From assembly GCA_965237955.1 (NCBI GenBank), contig OZ250169.1:3488001-3552000 (forward strand): 64,000 bases of DNA. Direction: 5' to 3'. Shown here in pieces: positions 61,886-64,000 of this stretch. Numbering within the stretch: position 1 is the first letter of the stretch; each line of letters starts with the position of its first letter. The notes beneath the pieces were generated by a model, which ran no database searches, was not told the DNA's origin, and saw only the letters and a list, made by a program, of their open reading frames with translations. A program made the translations under genes and the position numbers. The DNA is from Candidatus Marinacidobacterales bacterium (GTDB lineage Bacteria; Acidobacteriota; Vicinamibacteria; Marinacidobacterales; SMYC01).

Positions 61886-61930
61886 TACCGGCACAGGACG
61901 AGGTCGCACGACCGACACTGATGTACGTGC

Positions 61931-63994
61931 TCAACGCCGGGATTTGCTGACGTCAACGACGCAGACCGATATTTTCAACCTTTGCTGATCCGAGAGCATT
62001 TCCTTCAGCTTGCACTCCAGCTCCCGAGCGCCCGGTGGGGTCCAGCCTTCCAATGCGGTCGGACGACAAGCGCTGGCATCGCCGAACCAGAAGACGAGGT
62101 AGATCCCGAAACCCTCCGCTCCCGGATCGCGCGTGTACTTGCTCACGAGCTGGTCCCTGATGGCGGACCACAGGTCTCGATGGCAGCTTCGCTTGATCTC
62201 CACCGGAACGTTAAAGCCACCGTACTCCACCCGAATGTCCGACCTCTTGTCATCGGCGTACGTACCCTCGGGTTGGACATCGACATCCAACCGGTTGAGC
62301 TTCGACTGCAACGCAAACAGAATCGCGTCGCGGCAGGAGTCTTCCGGCCTCGGGTCGGTGGCGCGGTTGTGATGGTCAACATTCCAATAGTGCCTCCAGT
62401 GCGAAGCGCTACCGTCTCGGATCTGTTCCGACAGCTCATTGAGAACCGCAACCACCAAGGCCGCGAGATCTCCCGCGTTGGCCGGCCGGCCGTTATCCAG
62501 TGTCCGCGCGACCTGATCCATCTCGCAGTATTCGAACTCGGCCTCGCGTCGCCCAGCCGCCTGACGTTCCATCGCGTCTGCTACGTCCGGAAGCCATAGG
62601 GCGAAGCGGGGAGCACCGAATAGATATTCGAGCGTTTCTGTAGCCGCCGCAGTCGGAAGCGATGAAAACACCTGAATTAGGTGGGACATGAGCCCCCACG
62701 AGTCCTCGCTCAATTCCCGCCGGTTCAGTGCTGCCCTCGTCAGTACGATCAGCAGTCGAAGGTACTTGGCATCGAACCGGCGGACGAGATCGAGCGGATA
62801 ACCCCCCTTGCACAGGAGGTCCAAGAGACCGCCCAAGTCGTCGATTTCATTGCCGAGCTCCATCAAGGCTTGGTCGTACCGATGCGGAGCAATCAGGAAT
62901 CCCGAAGCGACCCAGTAGATCCGCTGCGCCTTGGGCAGTTGTGCGTTCTTGAGCTTCGTTTGGATTACCTGCTCAAGCTGACGCCCGTCGCAGTTCACCA
63001 CCGCTGCCTTGAGCAACCAGGCAAGCGTTTCAGGGACCGGTTCCCCGCTCTCCACGGGAAACCCGCGAAGCAGCGGCAGGCAGACCAGTTCGGCGAATTC
63101 GCGGTCATCCCCTGCGCCTGTCAGAGCGCGCAGTTCGGATGCGGGAAGGACTCCCATGACCAGCTTCTCCTCAATGCACCGCCTCAGGACATCCGCGATC
63201 AGCCGAGGACGATCCCGCAATACCTGCAAGAACCAATTGGGCCGGTAGGTTGAACCGGGATGAAGTCGGTCGGGACTCAGTTGGTCTTCGGGAACGGTGT
63301 GCAGAATGGTGACAGCCAGCCGGACCTGGTCGTCGCTCAGCTCGGAAGCCTTCAGGGTTCCGGACCTCTCGAGTTCGTTCAGGGCCGCCATGTATGGAAA
63401 GACCAGCGGCAGCACCCTGTCCGAACCGGACCGGGCGATGACGTCCGAAGGAGACGGCAGGTCGTCCCTAACGAGCGAACCAATTAGACCGGCGCGGAGG
63501 TCTCTGACCAGGTTCGTCCCGCTCCCGACAAGTCGCCCAAGCCGTTCGTTCGGAGATTGCCCAGGAACATCGTCGTGGTTGCCGAGGTAGGCTTCGGCTA
63601 CCCGCTGAAGAAGCTCGGGGTTCCCATGCCCTGCCAGCAAGCTTGGTCGCTCTCCCAGAACCTCGCGCTGGCACGCCAGCTGCGCCTCAGTGTCAGAGGA
63701 CCCGCTGGCGCGGAGGACGATTGCCGAGTCAGAATGCGGATCTCCCGCCTGCTCGGTCCTTTCGTCGAAGAGTTCGATCAGCACGGGTTGGGAAGCCAAG
63801 CGCAAGCGTGCCGCCTCGGGCGTCAGACCGGCTATGCGTCCTTCCTTCACGAAGCAGTCCGCAAAAAGACAGACGTAGATCGAGGCGGCTCGGTCGGTCG
63901 TAGCCGACAGCGCCCGATCAAGGCACCACGCGCCGTAGTCGAACGGCCTCGCGCCGAACAGGGAGCGCTCCAATAACCGCATGCAGGATGTCAT
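61931..63994 (-). CDS. Large helical protein (probably 5'-partial) with C-terminal PD-(D/E)xK-like nuclease domain
   Basis: E...KRSDI...VPVEIK...DQLVSKYTRDP...GIYLVFWFG; ORF starts at the window edge. Confidence 0.6.
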   Translation of the reverse strand: MTSCMRLLERSLFGARPFDYGAWCLDRALSATTDRAASIYVCLFADCFVKEGRIAGLTPEAARLRLASQPVLIELFDERTEQAGDPHSDSAIVLRASGSSDTEAQLACQREVLGERPSLLAGHGNPELLQRVAEAYLGNHDDVPGQSPNERLGRLVGSGTNLVRDLRAGLIGSLVRDDLPSPSDVIARSGSDRVLPLVFPYMAALNELERSGTLKASELSDDQVRLAVTILHTVPEDQLSPDRLHPGSTYRPNWFLQVLRDRPRLIADVLRRCIEEKLVMGVLPASELRALTGAGDDREFAELVCLPLLRGFPVESGEPVPETLAWLLKAAVVNCDGRQLEQVIQTKLKNAQLPKAQRIYWVASGFLIAPHRYDQALMELGNEIDDLGGLLDLLCKGGYPLDLVRRFDAKYLRLLIVLTRAALNRRELSEDSWGLMSHLIQVFSSLPTAAATETLEYLFGAPRFALWLPDVADAMERQAAGRREAEFEYCEMDQVARTLDNGRPANAGDLAALVVAVLNELSEQIRDGSASHWRHYWNVDHHNRATDPRPEDSCRDAILFALQSKLNRLDVDVQPEGTYADDKRSDIRVEYGGFNVPVEIKRSCHRDLWSAIRDQLVSKYTRDPGAEGFGIYLVFWFGDASACRPTALEGWTPPGARELECKLKEMLSDQQRLKISVCVVDVSKSRR

Positions 63995-64000
63995 GTCCGC

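Noticed and set aside
59734-61890. Possible CRISPR array from recurring ~20-nt motif
   Set aside because: Few copies, mixed orientation, irregular long spacing, non-unique intervening sequence and no cas genes.

Overview
GC-rich bacterial chromosome segment whose gene content suggests Acidobacteriota (VWFA-related protein, ACI/PVM-like microcompartment genes, Fo genes separate from F1); the taxonomy is inference. Positions 1-32 kb are mostly housekeeping: the tail of a bacterial microcompartment locus, dinB, proC, a Gld-like ABC transporter, PilZ/pilin/c-di-GMP genes with three sigma-54 promoters, dgt, a nuoL-nuoM-atpZ-atpI-atpB-atpE operon, mtnA, tsaD, thiD, moaE/moaD and argR. Positions 34-56.5 kb lie between two direct-orientation IS5 copies. 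This block holds hydrolases, a hybrid kinase, an iodotyrosine deiodinase homolog, a UGA-readthrough (CxxU) AhpD-like selenoprotein, and a LysW amino-group-carrier cluster (lysW-X-Y-Z-J). The cluster lacks lysK but has an Ntn-hydrolase inserted, which is the best candidate here for an undescribed system. Positions 53.5-64 kb are a mobile-element zone: an IS91-like remnant, IS5, BrnTA, IS3, an IS1111-type IS110 with readable target/donor guide segments, attC-like ORF-less repeats, a MITE and a partial large nuclease-domain protein. A candidate ~120-nt sigma-54-dependent sRNA sits at about 11605-11725. Several single-base frameshifts may be sequencing errors. No rRNA, tRNA or CRISPR array was seen.
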